Source: Patescibacteria group bacterium
GTDB taxonomy: Bacteria > Patescibacteriota > Minisyncoccia > Phycocordibacterales > Phycocordibacteraceae
Length of the DNA stretch: 64,000 nt
Direction: 5' to 3'
NCBI GenBank assembly: GCA_019744845.1
Contig: JAIETW010000002.1
Span: forward strand, 69,759-133,758
The notes beneath the pieces are model-generated. The model saw only the letters and a list, made by a program, of their open reading frames with translations. It searched no databases and was not told where the DNA came from. The position numbers and the translations under genes were made by a program. Below are positions 17,266 through 27,091 of the stretch, in pieces; position 1 is the stretch's first letter, and each line of letters opens with the position of its first letter.

Positions 17266-18612
17266 ATGGCGTTTCGCGCTCTTTTCGGTGGCTTCCTCAT
17301 CGTTCTTGTCTTCGTGACGAGTGGCATATTTGTCGCACCCACAAGCGCCCAGGAACTTTCGGAGAGTGAGCGCGAAGAACTTGAAGAGGAGTATGACAAG
17401 CTTCAAGAAGAAATTGCACAATGGGAAAAGATACTTGCCGAGACTCGTGCGCAAAAAGGCACACTCCAGGGAGACGTGACGGCACTCAATGCGCAGATTC
17501 GCGAGGCGGAGGCCCAGATCAAAGCAAAGAACAATGCCATTTCACGTTTGGGTGGAGAAATTAAGCAGCGCAATACTCGGATTGGGGAACTGGAAACGAA
17601 GATTGGATCGGGGCAACAATCGCTTGCGGCGATGCTTCGTCGTCAGAATCAAGTAGATGATCTTACGCTGTTTGAGATTGCGCTTGCGACCGAGAATGCA
17701 TTCTCCCTTTTTGAAGACGTAGACAACATGATTTCCGTACAGATTGGACTCCATGAGGAGTTTGCCGAGCTTCGTGGTGTGAAAGCAGAAACGGAAGCAG
17801 AGCGAGAAGCACTTGCGGCACGACAGGATGCAGAGCTTGATGCACGCTACGTGGTGGAAACAAAGAAAGCCCAAGTTGCCAAAGATGAAGCAGAGAAGCA
17901 GCGACTTCTTGCAATTAAGGCAAACGAAGAGGCTGCATACAACCAAGTACTGGTGGAGCGTCAGGCACAGGCCGCGGCAATCCGTGCACGTTTGTTCCCA
18001 CTGCGCGATACGGAAGGAATTGAATTCGGGGACGCCGTTGCGTATGCACAGCAGGCGTCGGCAAAGACCGGAGTGCGTCCGGCACTTATTCTTGCCATCC
18101 TTTCGCAGGAGTCTGCGCTCGGCACAAATGTGGGTAACTGTTATGTCACCGATCTCACCACTGGAGACGGAAAGGGGAAGAATACTGGCACGCCATTTCT
18201 TGGGGTGATGAAAGTGCCGCGCGACACCGTACCGTTTGAGCGGATTACGACCGCGCTTGGAAAAGATTGGTCAACGACTCCCGTGTCATGTCCGCAGCCT
18301 GGTGGATACGGGGGAGCGATGGGTCCAACCCAGTTCATTCCTTCTACCTGGGAAATGTTTGAAGGACGCTTGAAGACTGCACTTGGAGTGTCAGCCACCA
18401 ACCCATGGAATGCAGGGCACGCCATTATGGCCACCGGTATTTATCTTGCAGATGTCGGTGCAAGTGCAGGAGGATACAGCGCCGAACATCGCGCTGCAGC
18501 GACCTACTATGCAGGATCAGGATGGGCCACACGCGGCCAGACCTACGCAAACTCGGTGATGGCAAAGGCAACCAAGTTCCAGGAAGATATTGATTTCCTC
18601 GCGGACAACTAA
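17266..18612 (+). CDS. Secreted coiled-coil protein with C-terminal lytic transglycosylase-like (SLT-type) domain
   Basis: Signal peptide, then ~230 aa of heptad-rich Glu/Lys/Ala sequence. The C-terminal region has ILSQESALG ... GAMGPTQFIPSTW, like SLT E-S ... GLMQ blocks. Confidence 0.6.
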   Translation: MAFRALFGGFLIVLVFVTSGIFVAPTSAQELSESEREELEEEYDKLQEEIAQWEKILAETRAQKGTLQGDVTALNAQIREAEAQIKAKNNAISRLGGEIKQRNTRIGELETKIGSGQQSLAAMLRRQNQVDDLTLFEIALATENAFSLFEDVDNMISVQIGLHEEFAELRGVKAETEAEREALAARQDAELDARYVVETKKAQVAKDEAEKQRLLAIKANEEAAYNQVLVERQAQAAAIRARLFPLRDTEGIEFGDAVAYAQQASAKTGVRPALILAILSQESALGTNVGNCYVTDLTTGDGKGKNTGTPFLGVMKVPRDTVPFERITTALGKDWSTTPVSCPQPGGYGGAMGPTQFIPSTWEMFEGRLKTALGVSATNPWNAGHAIMATGIYLADVGASAGGYSAEHRAAATYYAGSGWATRGQTYANSVMAKATKFQEDIDFLADN

Positions 18613-18669
18613 GAGTTATCCCCGTTATATACAAAATCGTAGAAAAATCCTGCGTACAATAGAAGGTAC

Positions 18670-19635
18670 ATGGAAAGTACCAAGCCGAATTCGTTGGTAG
18701 TGGCTGCGGGCGTGATTATTCTAATTGTGCTTCTCGTTCTTGCCGTTGCCTATCTGCCGTTTTTGAGTGGAGTGAAAAGTTGGTGGGATGTGGTGACTGC
18801 GCCTGCTGCAGTAAAAGAAGTGGGATACCTTGGACTTGAAGACGGGAAGGGAGTGGTCTACACCGTCGGCATGTTCGGCATTCACACACGTTCATTTGAA
18901 GGAATGTCCGTCATAGACTATGTGGCGAAGGGGTCATCTCAAGTGGCAGTACTTAAATCAGGAGATGTTTACGATGTGTACGACGTCTCATCTTCTGAGC
19001 CGGTGAAGCTTACGACTGATGGACGCCAGAAAGACTCACTAGATATTTCATCTGATGGATTGAAGGTGGTGTATGGCGTGAAAGTACGCGCAACCACATT
19101 TGCGGGAGCGGGCGAGAATGATCAGATATACAATCTTCCTGATTGGGAAGTGCATGAGATAGATATGCTCTCTCGCACGTCTCGTGTTGTTGGGCCAGGC
19201 AATCACCCTCGCTTTTATGCAGACGGGATTCTTTACCCAGCCCCTGCAGGATTCGTGTACCGTGTAGCGGGTGACAATGGCATCTTTGATGCGCTTGATA
19301 CCTGGAGCATCTATCCCGATGTGATGGCGTATCGTGTCCTTCGTCTTCCGGTACTGACGGACGCAGGGCTCATGGCATTCCCAAGTGTCGCCACCTCTGC
19401 CTATGATGCAGTATCGGTAACTTCAGTGGCACCACTCGCATTTGCAGCAGCACCCGACGCACCGATTGACGTACCGCCAGGCACCTACGACCTTATGATT
19501 CGTGGAGATCATGAGTATGTCCTTCTTCAAGGTGCGAGGGGAGCCGTAGTCGCGAAACTTACTGACGGAGCTATGAGGCAGGTCTTCACCTTCCCTGCGT
19601 CCTATGCCCCGCAGCGGTTCGCTCACATTCGTTAG
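18670..19635 (+). CDS. Membrane-anchored hypothetical protein (possible beta-propeller-like ectodomain)
   Basis: N-terminal TM (LVVAAGVIILIVLLVLAVAYL). DISSDGLKVVY-type segments. Sits directly upstream of a giant secreted protein. Confidence 0.5.
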   Translation: MESTKPNSLVVAAGVIILIVLLVLAVAYLPFLSGVKSWWDVVTAPAAVKEVGYLGLEDGKGVVYTVGMFGIHTRSFEGMSVIDYVAKGSSQVAVLKSGDVYDVYDVSSSEPVKLTTDGRQKDSLDISSDGLKVVYGVKVRATTFAGAGENDQIYNLPDWEVHEIDMLSRTSRVVGPGNHPRFYADGILYPAPAGFVYRVAGDNGIFDALDTWSIYPDVMAYRVLRLPVLTDAGLMAFPSVATSAYDAVSVTSVAPLAFAAAPDAPIDVPPGTYDLMIRGDHEYVLLQGARGAVVAKLTDGAMRQVFTFPASYAPQRFAHIR

Positions 19636-19637
19636 TT

Positions 19638-21470
19638 ATGAACTTATCTATGAAAACTTCACACCTCTCAGTTGCTGGGCTCGTGTTTCTCGCCGTTGTG
19701 GCGATCGTGCAGTTCTCTCCGACACAGCTCGCGATGGCGCAGTGTGGCGGGGCGGGGAGCTTCAGTGGATTTAGTGGGCCAAGCTACATCGTGATAGATG
19801 GGATTATGGGTGATGTGTATTACTCGGGGAATATGGGTGGAGGGGTGGAGTGGGATCCAGTATTCCATGCCATGTTTGGAGATACTGTTAATCAACTTCC
19901 TTCAAAAGACTTCTTCAGCTTTCTCTTCCCAGAGAATATCTTTGCGCAGTGTGGGAACATCAACCCTCCTCCCTCATCTCCATCCGTATCGTTGACCGCA
20001 ACCCCCGGATCAATTAATTCTGGAGGAAACTCAGTACTCACCTGGAGCGGACAAAATGTGGTGTCTTGTACGGGGACTGGTTTCTCCACGGGAGGTAATA
20101 CCTCTGGTTCCGTGAACGTATCCCCTGATGACACCACGACCTACAGCATTACGTGTTCCACCACCGGCGGCGGATCAGGGAACTGGGAACTCAGTGACTC
20201 ATACACGACTGATTACTCGTGTCCTTTGTCGAGCGACAGAGTGGATCGTCCACACCGCCATGTCCCAGACTGTCCGACAGGCTCACCTGAAGGAAATGCG
20301 TGTAGCCCAGGTGGCACCAGTTGTAAGGTGAACTATGCGTCGGGGTGTAACGTAATTTCCGATATTTATTCATGTGAGGCAGATGGTGGTGTAGGTCAAA
20401 CAGTCAGTGATACCGCAACCGTTACCGTGAGTGCGTGTACGCCTTCGTACAACTCCTCACGGTGGTACACCGGTGGTACAGAAGTCGCAGTCTCCTCTCT
20501 TGAGATGGGAAATAGCGCAGCTGACTGTCGCACAATAACTCCAGGCAATATTGAGTACACATCCTGGAATCGTCAGGTGCAGTACCAAGACGGAGGTGTT
20601 GCTACGTATGATCCAGTGCGGACCATGTGTTGGTACTACAATGGTGCCACAGGCACGGAAAGCAAGCCAGGACAGAGTCAGGGTGATTGGTACTTCCACT
20701 ACGACTCAGGAAGTACGTGTACAGTTCCGGCAGTACCGCAGTGTTCAAACGGCGCGGACGATGATGGCGACGGGTACGTTGACTATACGGAGGACGGAGG
20801 ATGTGAGGACGGACTTGATGACGATGAAATTGGCGATACGCTGCCGCAGTGTAGCGATGGACAAGATAACAACAGCGCAGGCGGATCAGATTATCCAAAC
20901 GATCCATCATGTACCAGTGCAGATGATGATAGCGAAGATGGAGTGACTGCAGGCGTATCTTGTTCTGTAGATTCTTCATCAGTTAGCGTGGGCGGTACGA
21001 CCACCTATCGTGCAACGGCAAATAATGGCGCAAGCGCACCATTTACTTGGACCCCTTCGGGTCAGACACTTTGTACCGGAGGTGCAAACAACACCTGTAC
21101 CTTCCCAGGCACTGGTCCGTACACCATGTCAGTACGCGCGCAGGGTGCCACGAGCCCTGCCTCGTGTCCGATTGTGACTGCAGGATGTGCAGGCCCAACC
21201 GAAGTCTCTATCACTGCAAATGGAGAAGGGGATGATGTGCGTGTGAAAGATGGGGCTGCGGCGCTCATTGAATGGGAGGTTACGACGGCAGCAGCAAGCT
21301 GTACCGTGACGGAGAACGGTGCACTTCTCACGACGCTTACACCAAACGCATGTAATGCGACTGGACAGATGAGTCGCACGATTAGTACGCAGACTACCTA
21401 CCTTCTCACCTGTGGAAGTGAGACGGACCTAGTGATCGTGAACGTAGATACGAGCCTGCTTGAGTTCTAG
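19638..21470 (+). CDS. Large secreted Cys-rich protein with MopE-like C-x-D-G-x-D-N-D repeats and conserved C-terminal module (paralog A)
   Basis: Signal peptide. CSNGADDDGDGYVDY ... CSDGQDNNSAGGSDYPNDPSC repeats. The C-terminal ~180 aa are highly similar to the C-terminus of 23563-25755. Confidence 0.6.
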   Translation: MNLSMKTSHLSVAGLVFLAVVAIVQFSPTQLAMAQCGGAGSFSGFSGPSYIVIDGIMGDVYYSGNMGGGVEWDPVFHAMFGDTVNQLPSKDFFSFLFPENIFAQCGNINPPPSSPSVSLTATPGSINSGGNSVLTWSGQNVVSCTGTGFSTGGNTSGSVNVSPDDTTTYSITCSTTGGGSGNWELSDSYTTDYSCPLSSDRVDRPHRHVPDCPTGSPEGNACSPGGTSCKVNYASGCNVISDIYSCEADGGVGQTVSDTATVTVSACTPSYNSSRWYTGGTEVAVSSLEMGNSAADCRTITPGNIEYTSWNRQVQYQDGGVATYDPVRTMCWYYNGATGTESKPGQSQGDWYFHYDSGSTCTVPAVPQCSNGADDDGDGYVDYTEDGGCEDGLDDDEIGDTLPQCSDGQDNNSAGGSDYPNDPSCTSADDDSEDGVTAGVSCSVDSSSVSVGGTTTYRATANNGASAPFTWTPSGQTLCTGGANNTCTFPGTGPYTMSVRAQGATSPASCPIVTAGCAGPTEVSITANGEGDDVRVKDGAAALIEWEVTTAAASCTVTENGALLTTLTPNACNATGQMSRTISTQTTYLLTCGSETDLVIVNVDTSLLEF

Positions 21471-22510
21471 CGTTCGTACTGAGAGAGTCCCGTACGCAAG
21501 AGTGCGTGCGGGATTTTCTCGTTCTCAAACAGCCATCTGTTCACCGTCTCAACTGCGTCAGCAGGGAGATGCGTCTCAAGAAGAGTAAAGAACATCTGCT
21601 CTGGCTGGTTGTGAAGCGTGGCAAAAAGATCGGCCACCGTTACATCCGCGCCATAGATCTCGAGCAATCCTTCAATCGCGACCATCACGAGTGGTCCAAG
21701 GATGTAATGGTCGTACTCTACTTCTCTGTAGGGAGGCATTGGTTCAGGGTACGCATGGTGGAGCTCATAGAGTGTGGAGAAGCGTGCGTGTCTCCGCTCG
21801 TTTGAAGGGAGTAGGGCAAGTTCAAGCCAACTTGCCTCAAGCTCTTGTATATCGGTACTGGAGAGAGGTGGTTGTTCGGGAAGCGGATAACTAAAGCGAT
21901 TATAGAGATGTCCCACCGCGTGGATGAAGAGCTCTTCTCCTCGTGGATTTTCAGGAGGAAGAATCAAATAACTCACGCGCTCATTGGGGTCTGGATAGAT
22001 ACTTCCTTCCTCAGTGTGAATGAATCCGAGCGCTGCTGTGACTACGACCGTGTGTGCGATTGCTTCTTCATGATCATAGAAGGCACCAATGCGTTCAAAG
22101 GCATGCCGCACCATCGCTTCATAGGCACCAGGATTTTCAATTTCCGTTGGGATAAGAAGAGAGACGGTGTAGGCACTGTCGGAGAAAGTGAGTGTGGTGG
22201 ATGCAAATGCGTCAGTTCGGATCATGACTGCGGTTTGTCCGGGAAGAAACTCAGCCCAGTCCGCGCCCTCCGCTTGAGCGCCTACCGCCATCCAACCCGA
22301 AGGGACGCACACCCGTTCTCCGGCCGTAATTGAGCTCATAAGTACGGTGCTATACCAGGTGCGATAGCCATGAGCACCAGTCTCAGGGCGCGCAGAGGGG
22401 AACGGTTCACAGGAGGAAGGGGATGCGACGACCGTGAAAACGACTCCGAGAAAAAGAACTGCAGGGATCAAAAATACACGCATGGCCTTTAGTATACGCC
22501 CGCTATACAC
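21467..22510 (-). CDS. Secreted hypothetical protein
   Basis: Signal peptide (MRVFLIPAVLFLGVVFTVVASP), 347 aa. Convergent with, and overlapping the stop of, the upstream large gene. Confidence 0.5.
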   Translation of the reverse strand: MYSGRILKAMRVFLIPAVLFLGVVFTVVASPSSCEPFPSARPETGAHGYRTWYSTVLMSSITAGERVCVPSGWMAVGAQAEGADWAEFLPGQTAVMIRTDAFASTTLTFSDSAYTVSLLIPTEIENPGAYEAMVRHAFERIGAFYDHEEAIAHTVVVTAALGFIHTEEGSIYPDPNERVSYLILPPENPRGEELFIHAVGHLYNRFSYPLPEQPPLSSTDIQELEASWLELALLPSNERRHARFSTLYELHHAYPEPMPPYREVEYDHYILGPLVMVAIEGLLEIYGADVTVADLFATLHNQPEQMFFTLLETHLPADAVETVNRWLFENEKIPHALLRTGLSQYER

Positions 22511-22555
22511 ATAGCTTGGCCCTCAGAGAGGGAACAGGCACTACAATAGATACAT

Positions 22556-23551
22556 ATGACGCGAACCCGTATCATCGTGCTCACGGTACTCATTATTATA
22601 ATTCTCGGCGTGCTTGGGTACCTCGGCCTCATGTTCTTTGGTTACCAGCGTGCGGAGAATGCGCTCCCAGAGCAGGGAAGTGAGATATTGTTTGTGGATC
22701 GTGGAGTGGGCGAGCGCTATGTCATGGAAGGCAAGGCACTGGTTCTCGCCATGCCTGAACCACTCCCTGACGGCATTGTCGTTCATGAGAGTGTGCCATC
22801 TCCACTGGTTGCGGGTGAGTCAGTCATTCTTGCGACTGCACCGGGCGTGCCAGGGATGATTGCGGGTATCGCACACACCGATGGTGATGTCACTCTTCTT
22901 GCTGCAGGAGGTACCAGCAAGTCTAATCTCCTTGTGCGTGAGGACGGCCGTGCAATTTTTGTCACGAATCCTTCGGTTGTAATTGAAGAGGCGTCTGCGG
23001 GTGAAGAGGGGGCTGAGGATACGGTGGAAGAGACCGGGTCTGCATCAGAGCCATCCTCTCCCGCACTTGCGGCACAGGCTCCCGCATCTACTCCTTCGCA
23101 GCTCATCTCTGTGCACATTGGCACGGGTACCATCACCGCGCTCGGTGTAGGCCATGGACCGCGCCTACTTGCGGACGGATCAATACTCGCGCTTTCTAAG
23201 CAGGGTGTGGTGAAAATAAATCCAGTGACGGGTGATCGCTCCCTCATCCTTCCGTACGAAAGTACGGATACTCCTGCGGGCGGCATCTCACCATCAGGAA
23301 CAGTGGTGGCGCTTTCAGGTGCTGACGTGGGACAGCTTGAGTTCTATCGCATTAATCCAAGTGGCGCTGCCGCACCAGTGCATCTTGGATTCGTAGAGTT
23401 TGAAGGCGATATTACTCGCGTTGCCTTTACTGATGACGAACATCTCTTCTTGCGCACCAATGTACAAGTCGCACGACTGTACCAGATACCAACCGAATCG
23501 TTGCCAGTTGCGACACCACTGGCGATTCTCTTAGTCGCACAACCTGAATAA
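22556..23551 (+). CDS. Membrane-anchored hypothetical protein
   Basis: N-terminal TM (IIVLTVLIIIILGVLGYLGLMFF) and an acidic Ala/Ser-rich linker. Same position relative to a giant secreted protein as 18670-19635. Confidence 0.5.
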   Translation: MTRTRIIVLTVLIIIILGVLGYLGLMFFGYQRAENALPEQGSEILFVDRGVGERYVMEGKALVLAMPEPLPDGIVVHESVPSPLVAGESVILATAPGVPGMIAGIAHTDGDVTLLAAGGTSKSNLLVREDGRAIFVTNPSVVIEEASAGEEGAEDTVEETGSASEPSSPALAAQAPASTPSQLISVHIGTGTITALGVGHGPRLLADGSILALSKQGVVKINPVTGDRSLILPYESTDTPAGGISPSGTVVALSGADVGQLEFYRINPSGAAAPVHLGFVEFEGDITRVAFTDDEHLFLRTNVQVARLYQIPTESLPVATPLAILLVAQPE

Positions 23552-23562
23552 CATTCTCGCGT

Positions 23563-25755
23563 ATGACACATACATCTCTCATGCAGACAGTTCTAGGGAA
23601 GGCACTAATGGCGAGTGTGCTCTTCGCGGTCCTGCTCACCTTTATTGCTCCAATGACAGCACACGCTATTTTCCGTGAATCCGATCAGGAAGGCGGAGGA
23701 GGGGATTGGGGTGGCGGAGGAGGAGGTGGGGGTGGCGGTACGACCGCTGAGTGTGCCGACGGCGTTGATAACGACGGCAACGGAGTGACCGACTATCCAA
23801 GCGATCTCGGATGTACCAGTTACTCTGACACGACCGAGTCTGGGTATACGGTTGCCACACAATGTGCCGACGGCGTCGATAACGACAGGAACGGACTTAT
23901 AGATACGAACGATCCTGGCTGTTCTTCGGGGTCAGATAGTTCTGAGTCTGGATACACTACGCAATGTTCAGATGGTTCTGACAACGACGGGAACGGATAC
24001 AGAGATATTGGCGACCCAGGATGTTCCTCACTCTCAGACACGTCTGAGTCAGGATACGTTCGCCCACCTGCACCTCCTCCAGGTGTTGAAGTATATAAAA
24101 CACAGAGTAAACGTGACTACTACGTGAAAGTACAGCCAGACCAGCTTGCCAATGGTGGATTAGATGAGACGTCTGCGCACGGCTACCCTACGTATTCAAC
24201 TGGGCAAGCATCGCCAACAGGTAATCGTATTTGTTATCTCTACGATCCAACCGCCTTTATTACCGAGTGGTCGCTCGGAGGATTTAGTTCCCCAGGAAAC
24301 AACAGCATGGCTGCGTGGAATCCCTCAACGGGGAAATGGTACCGGGGGTCTGCAGGCAGCTTCGGCAACCTGCGCTATAACTATTTGACATGTAAGACGA
24401 ACGCAACCCCCGACACGTCACTCACTGCAACTGCAAACGGTACGACAGGGTCAAGCCTCTCCGTTACTTCAGGTACACCGGTTACCCTTACCTGGCTCTC
24501 ACAATGGGGGCAGACTCGTAAAGGAAGCTTCACAGCACAAAACTACAGCCTCACCACAACGACTGCGGGGTATTGGCAAACGGTAACTAATTATATCTGT
24601 GGCTATGATGGTGGAGGCGGTGGAGGAGACTCTGACTTCTTTTACGACTACGTGGCTTCTGGTCCTCAAAACACCCTAACGGCACAAGCGGGTGGTTCTT
24701 GTTGGGAAACCAGCACCGTGTGGGTAGCAGGATCAACAACGTATCGTCCATACGGTGGTACGACGGTCGTCACGCCGACCCAAACGACGACGTATACCTA
24801 CACAGGTACAAATGCGAACGGTTCTTCAAGTGCAAGCGTTACGGTGACCGTAACTGGAGAAGGTACGCTCTCCTCCAGTACATGTTCAGTAGATCCTATT
24901 GTTGCTGGAACAGGAGATAGTGTTACCTGGACGGCAGCGCCAGTTGGTGGCACTGGCACGTATAGCTACGTGTGGTCAGGAACCGACAGTTTGAGTGGTA
25001 CCACACAATCTGTGGTGAAGTCGTATAGCTCAGAAGGCGCGAAGACTGGAAGCGTACAGATCACCTCAGGTACTGAAGTTGCAAATATCAGTTGTACAAC
25101 CAGCCTCACCATCTCTAATGCTCCTGCATGTAATAACGGCGTGGATGATGATGGGGCAGGAGGAGCAGACTATCCTGCCGATCCATCCTGCAACAGTCTC
25201 ACCGATGATTCGGAAGACGGAAACGTAGTAGGCGCATCAGTGTCCTGTACGGTTGACTCTGCAGTCGTGACCGCTGGTACACAGACGACCTATCGGGTAA
25301 CCCCGGCAGGAGGAGCAACTGCACCGTACACATGGACCCCATCAAGTCAGACTGGTTGTACGGGAGGAGCAAATAACACGTGTACCTTTACCAACCCAGG
25401 TCCGTACACAATGTCAGTCCAGGCATCTAATAGTGCACCGGTGTCCTGTCCGGTCGTGACGGTGGGTTGTGTGGGTACTCCTGAAGTGTCCCTTACCGCG
25501 AATGGAGAAGCAGAAGACACTCGTGTAAACGTCGGAGAGGCAGCAACGATTGCATGGGAAGCAGAGGGAATCTCCGCTACCTCTTGTACGCTCTATGAGA
25601 ACGAGGTGGCGATCCAGACGCTGACGCCAAATGCCTGTAACGTGACTGGTTCTGTGGCACGCACGATTGATACCCAGATGGTCTATACCCTCAACTGTGA
25701 TGGGGAGACCTCAACGGTGATCGTGAACATAGACGCGGGTCCTGAGGAGTTCTAG
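23563..25755 (+). CDS. Large secreted protein with poly-Gly tract, three tandem MopE-like putative metal-binding repeats and conserved C-terminal module (paralog B)
   Basis: Signal peptide. GGGGDWGGGGGGGGGG. Repeats CADGVDNDGNGVTDYPSDLGCTS, CADGVDNDRNGLIDTNDPGCSS and CSDGSDNDGNGYRDIGDPGCSS. The C-terminus is shared with 19638-21470. Confidence 0.65.
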   Translation: MTHTSLMQTVLGKALMASVLFAVLLTFIAPMTAHAIFRESDQEGGGGDWGGGGGGGGGGTTAECADGVDNDGNGVTDYPSDLGCTSYSDTTESGYTVATQCADGVDNDRNGLIDTNDPGCSSGSDSSESGYTTQCSDGSDNDGNGYRDIGDPGCSSLSDTSESGYVRPPAPPPGVEVYKTQSKRDYYVKVQPDQLANGGLDETSAHGYPTYSTGQASPTGNRICYLYDPTAFITEWSLGGFSSPGNNSMAAWNPSTGKWYRGSAGSFGNLRYNYLTCKTNATPDTSLTATANGTTGSSLSVTSGTPVTLTWLSQWGQTRKGSFTAQNYSLTTTTAGYWQTVTNYICGYDGGGGGGDSDFFYDYVASGPQNTLTAQAGGSCWETSTVWVAGSTTYRPYGGTTVVTPTQTTTYTYTGTNANGSSSASVTVTVTGEGTLSSSTCSVDPIVAGTGDSVTWTAAPVGGTGTYSYVWSGTDSLSGTTQSVVKSYSSEGAKTGSVQITSGTEVANISCTTSLTISNAPACNNGVDDDGAGGADYPADPSCNSLTDDSEDGNVVGASVSCTVDSAVVTAGTQTTYRVTPAGGATAPYTWTPSSQTGCTGGANNTCTFTNPGPYTMSVQASNSAPVSCPVVTVGCVGTPEVSLTANGEAEDTRVNVGEAATIAWEAEGISATSCTLYENEVAIQTLTPNACNVTGSVARTIDTQMVYTLNCDGETSTVIVNIDAGPEEF

Positions 25756-25797
25756 GCAATTGCATAGCCCTCTGGTGCGTGGTAAAGTGCCCGGATT

Positions 25798-26046
25798 ATG
25801 AAGGCAGACATTCATCCAGCAGACTACCGTACCGTCCTTTTTGAGGATATCTCCTCTGGTGCTCAGTTCCTTATCGGGTCTACGATCCGCACTGATGAGA
25901 CTGGTACCTACGAAGGGAAGGAGTACCCAAAGGTATTGATTGAAATCTCCTCAAAGTCCCATCCGTTCTACACTGGTGAGGATCGCACCCTTGATAAGAC
26001 CGGTCGCGTGGAGAAGTTCAAGCAGCGCGCACTCAAGAAGAAATAA
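25798..26046 (+). CDS. rpmE2: 50S ribosomal protein L31 type B (Cys-less)
   Basis: MKADIHPADYRTVLF ... SSKSHPFYTG ... GRVEKFKQR with no CxxC zinc ribbon. Confidence 0.85.
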   Translation: MKADIHPADYRTVLFEDISSGAQFLIGSTIRTDETGTYEGKEYPKVLIEISSKSHPFYTGEDRTLDKTGRVEKFKQRALKKK

Positions 26047-26060
26047 CGACGTTCATGAAA

Positions 26061-26083
26061 AGCCCCGCTCCGCGGGGTTTTTC
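26061..26083 (+). terminator. Rho-independent terminator after rpmE2
   Basis: CCCCGC-loop-GCGGGG stem followed by TTTTT. Confidence 0.65.
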
Positions 26084-26099
26084 GCGTTATCATTGATCC

Positions 26100-27050
26100 A
26101 TGGAATATTCGTCCGAATTTAAAAAGAACTTTGCCACCGCCTATCTTGCGGAGGAGTATGAACGCCTTGAAGAAGAGCGCCTGTCTTCCGTTGAGGCTGC
26201 AGGCACCGATCCTGATCTCATTGCCATGGCCGCAGAGGATGAGACTCGCATACGCCTACGTCAGGAAGAAATACTTGGTGACATAGAGCGCATTTTGAGT
26301 AAAGAGAAGGAGGAAGAAGCGAAACCGAAGGCAGTGGTACTTGAGTTTCGTGCCGCCGCAGGAGGGGACGAAGCGACGCTCTTTGCAAGCGAGCTTAAGG
26401 ATATGTACCTCAAGTATGCAGAGGGCAAAGGATGGAAGGTGCGCCTTATAGACGAGCTCACGATTGAGATTGCGGGGGAGCAGGCATATGATGCGCTCCG
26501 CTACGAGACTGGGGTGCACCGCGTTCAGCGCGTCCCTCTTACCGAAAAGTCAGGTCGTATTCACACCTCCACTGCATCGGTGGCCGTACTCCCGATACGC
26601 ACCAAGCCGAAGTTTGAGATCAATCCTGCAGATATTGAAATGGAGTTCTCTCGTTCAGGTGGGGCAGGAGGTCAGAACGTGAACAAGGTGGAATCTGCGG
26701 TTCGTCTCATTCATAAGCCGACGGGTATTGATGTGCGGTCTACCAGCGAACGAAGTCAGATTGCCAACCGCGAAAAGGCGATGCAGATCCTCTCTGCGAA
26801 GTTGGATAGCCTATACGAAGAAGAAGAGGCAAAGAAACACGCCGCAGAGCGTAAGGATCAGATTGGGACAGGGAGTCGGTCTGAAAAAATACGCACCTAC
26901 AACTATCTTCAGGACCGTATTACCGATCACCGCATCAAGGAATCCTGGCATAACCTTCCTAAGATCCTGCTTGGGGGTCTGGACCCTATTGTGGAGACCC
27001 TACAGGAGCGGGCAGCGGCAGGAGGGATAGGAGCGGCCGAGGAGGATTGA
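26100..27050 (+). CDS. prfA: Peptide chain release factor 1
   Basis: GGQ motif ([18 protein letters not shown]) and [18 protein letters not shown], which aligns to the RF1 P-x-T region rather than RF2 SPF. C-terminal RTYNY ... DHRI. Confidence 0.88.
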   Translation: MEYSSEFKKNFATAYLAEEYERLEEERLSSVEAAGTDPDLIAMAAEDETRIRLRQEEILGDIERILSKEKEEEAKPKAVVLEFRAAAGGDEATLFASELKDMYLKYAEGKGWKVRLIDELTIEIAGEQAYDALRYETGVHRVQRVPLTEKSGRIHTSTASVAVLPIRTKPKFEINPADIEMEFSRSGGAGGQNVNKVESAVRLIHKPTGIDVRSTSERSQIANREKAMQILSAKLDSLYEEEEAKKHAAERKDQIGTGSRSEKIRTYNYLQDRITDHRIKESWHNLPKILLGGLDPIVETLQERAAAGGIGAAEED

Positions 27051-27091
27051 ACCCCAGAACAAGGCATGGTAGACTCCTCCCTAATTGGCAT

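Noticed and set aside
23680-23750. GGA/GGT/GGC-rich tract as a noncoding microsatellite
   Set aside because: It is in frame within a long, signal-peptide-bearing ORF and encodes a poly-Gly linker (GGGGDWGGGGGGGGGG). It may still be slippage-prone.
26100-27050. Possibility that the release factor is RF2 with a programmed frameshift, or that UGA is recoded
   Set aside because: The sequence aligns with RF1 (QRVP-x-TE region, no SPF). No in-frame CTTTGAC slippery site is seen near the N-terminus. TGA clearly terminates many well-supported genes in the window.
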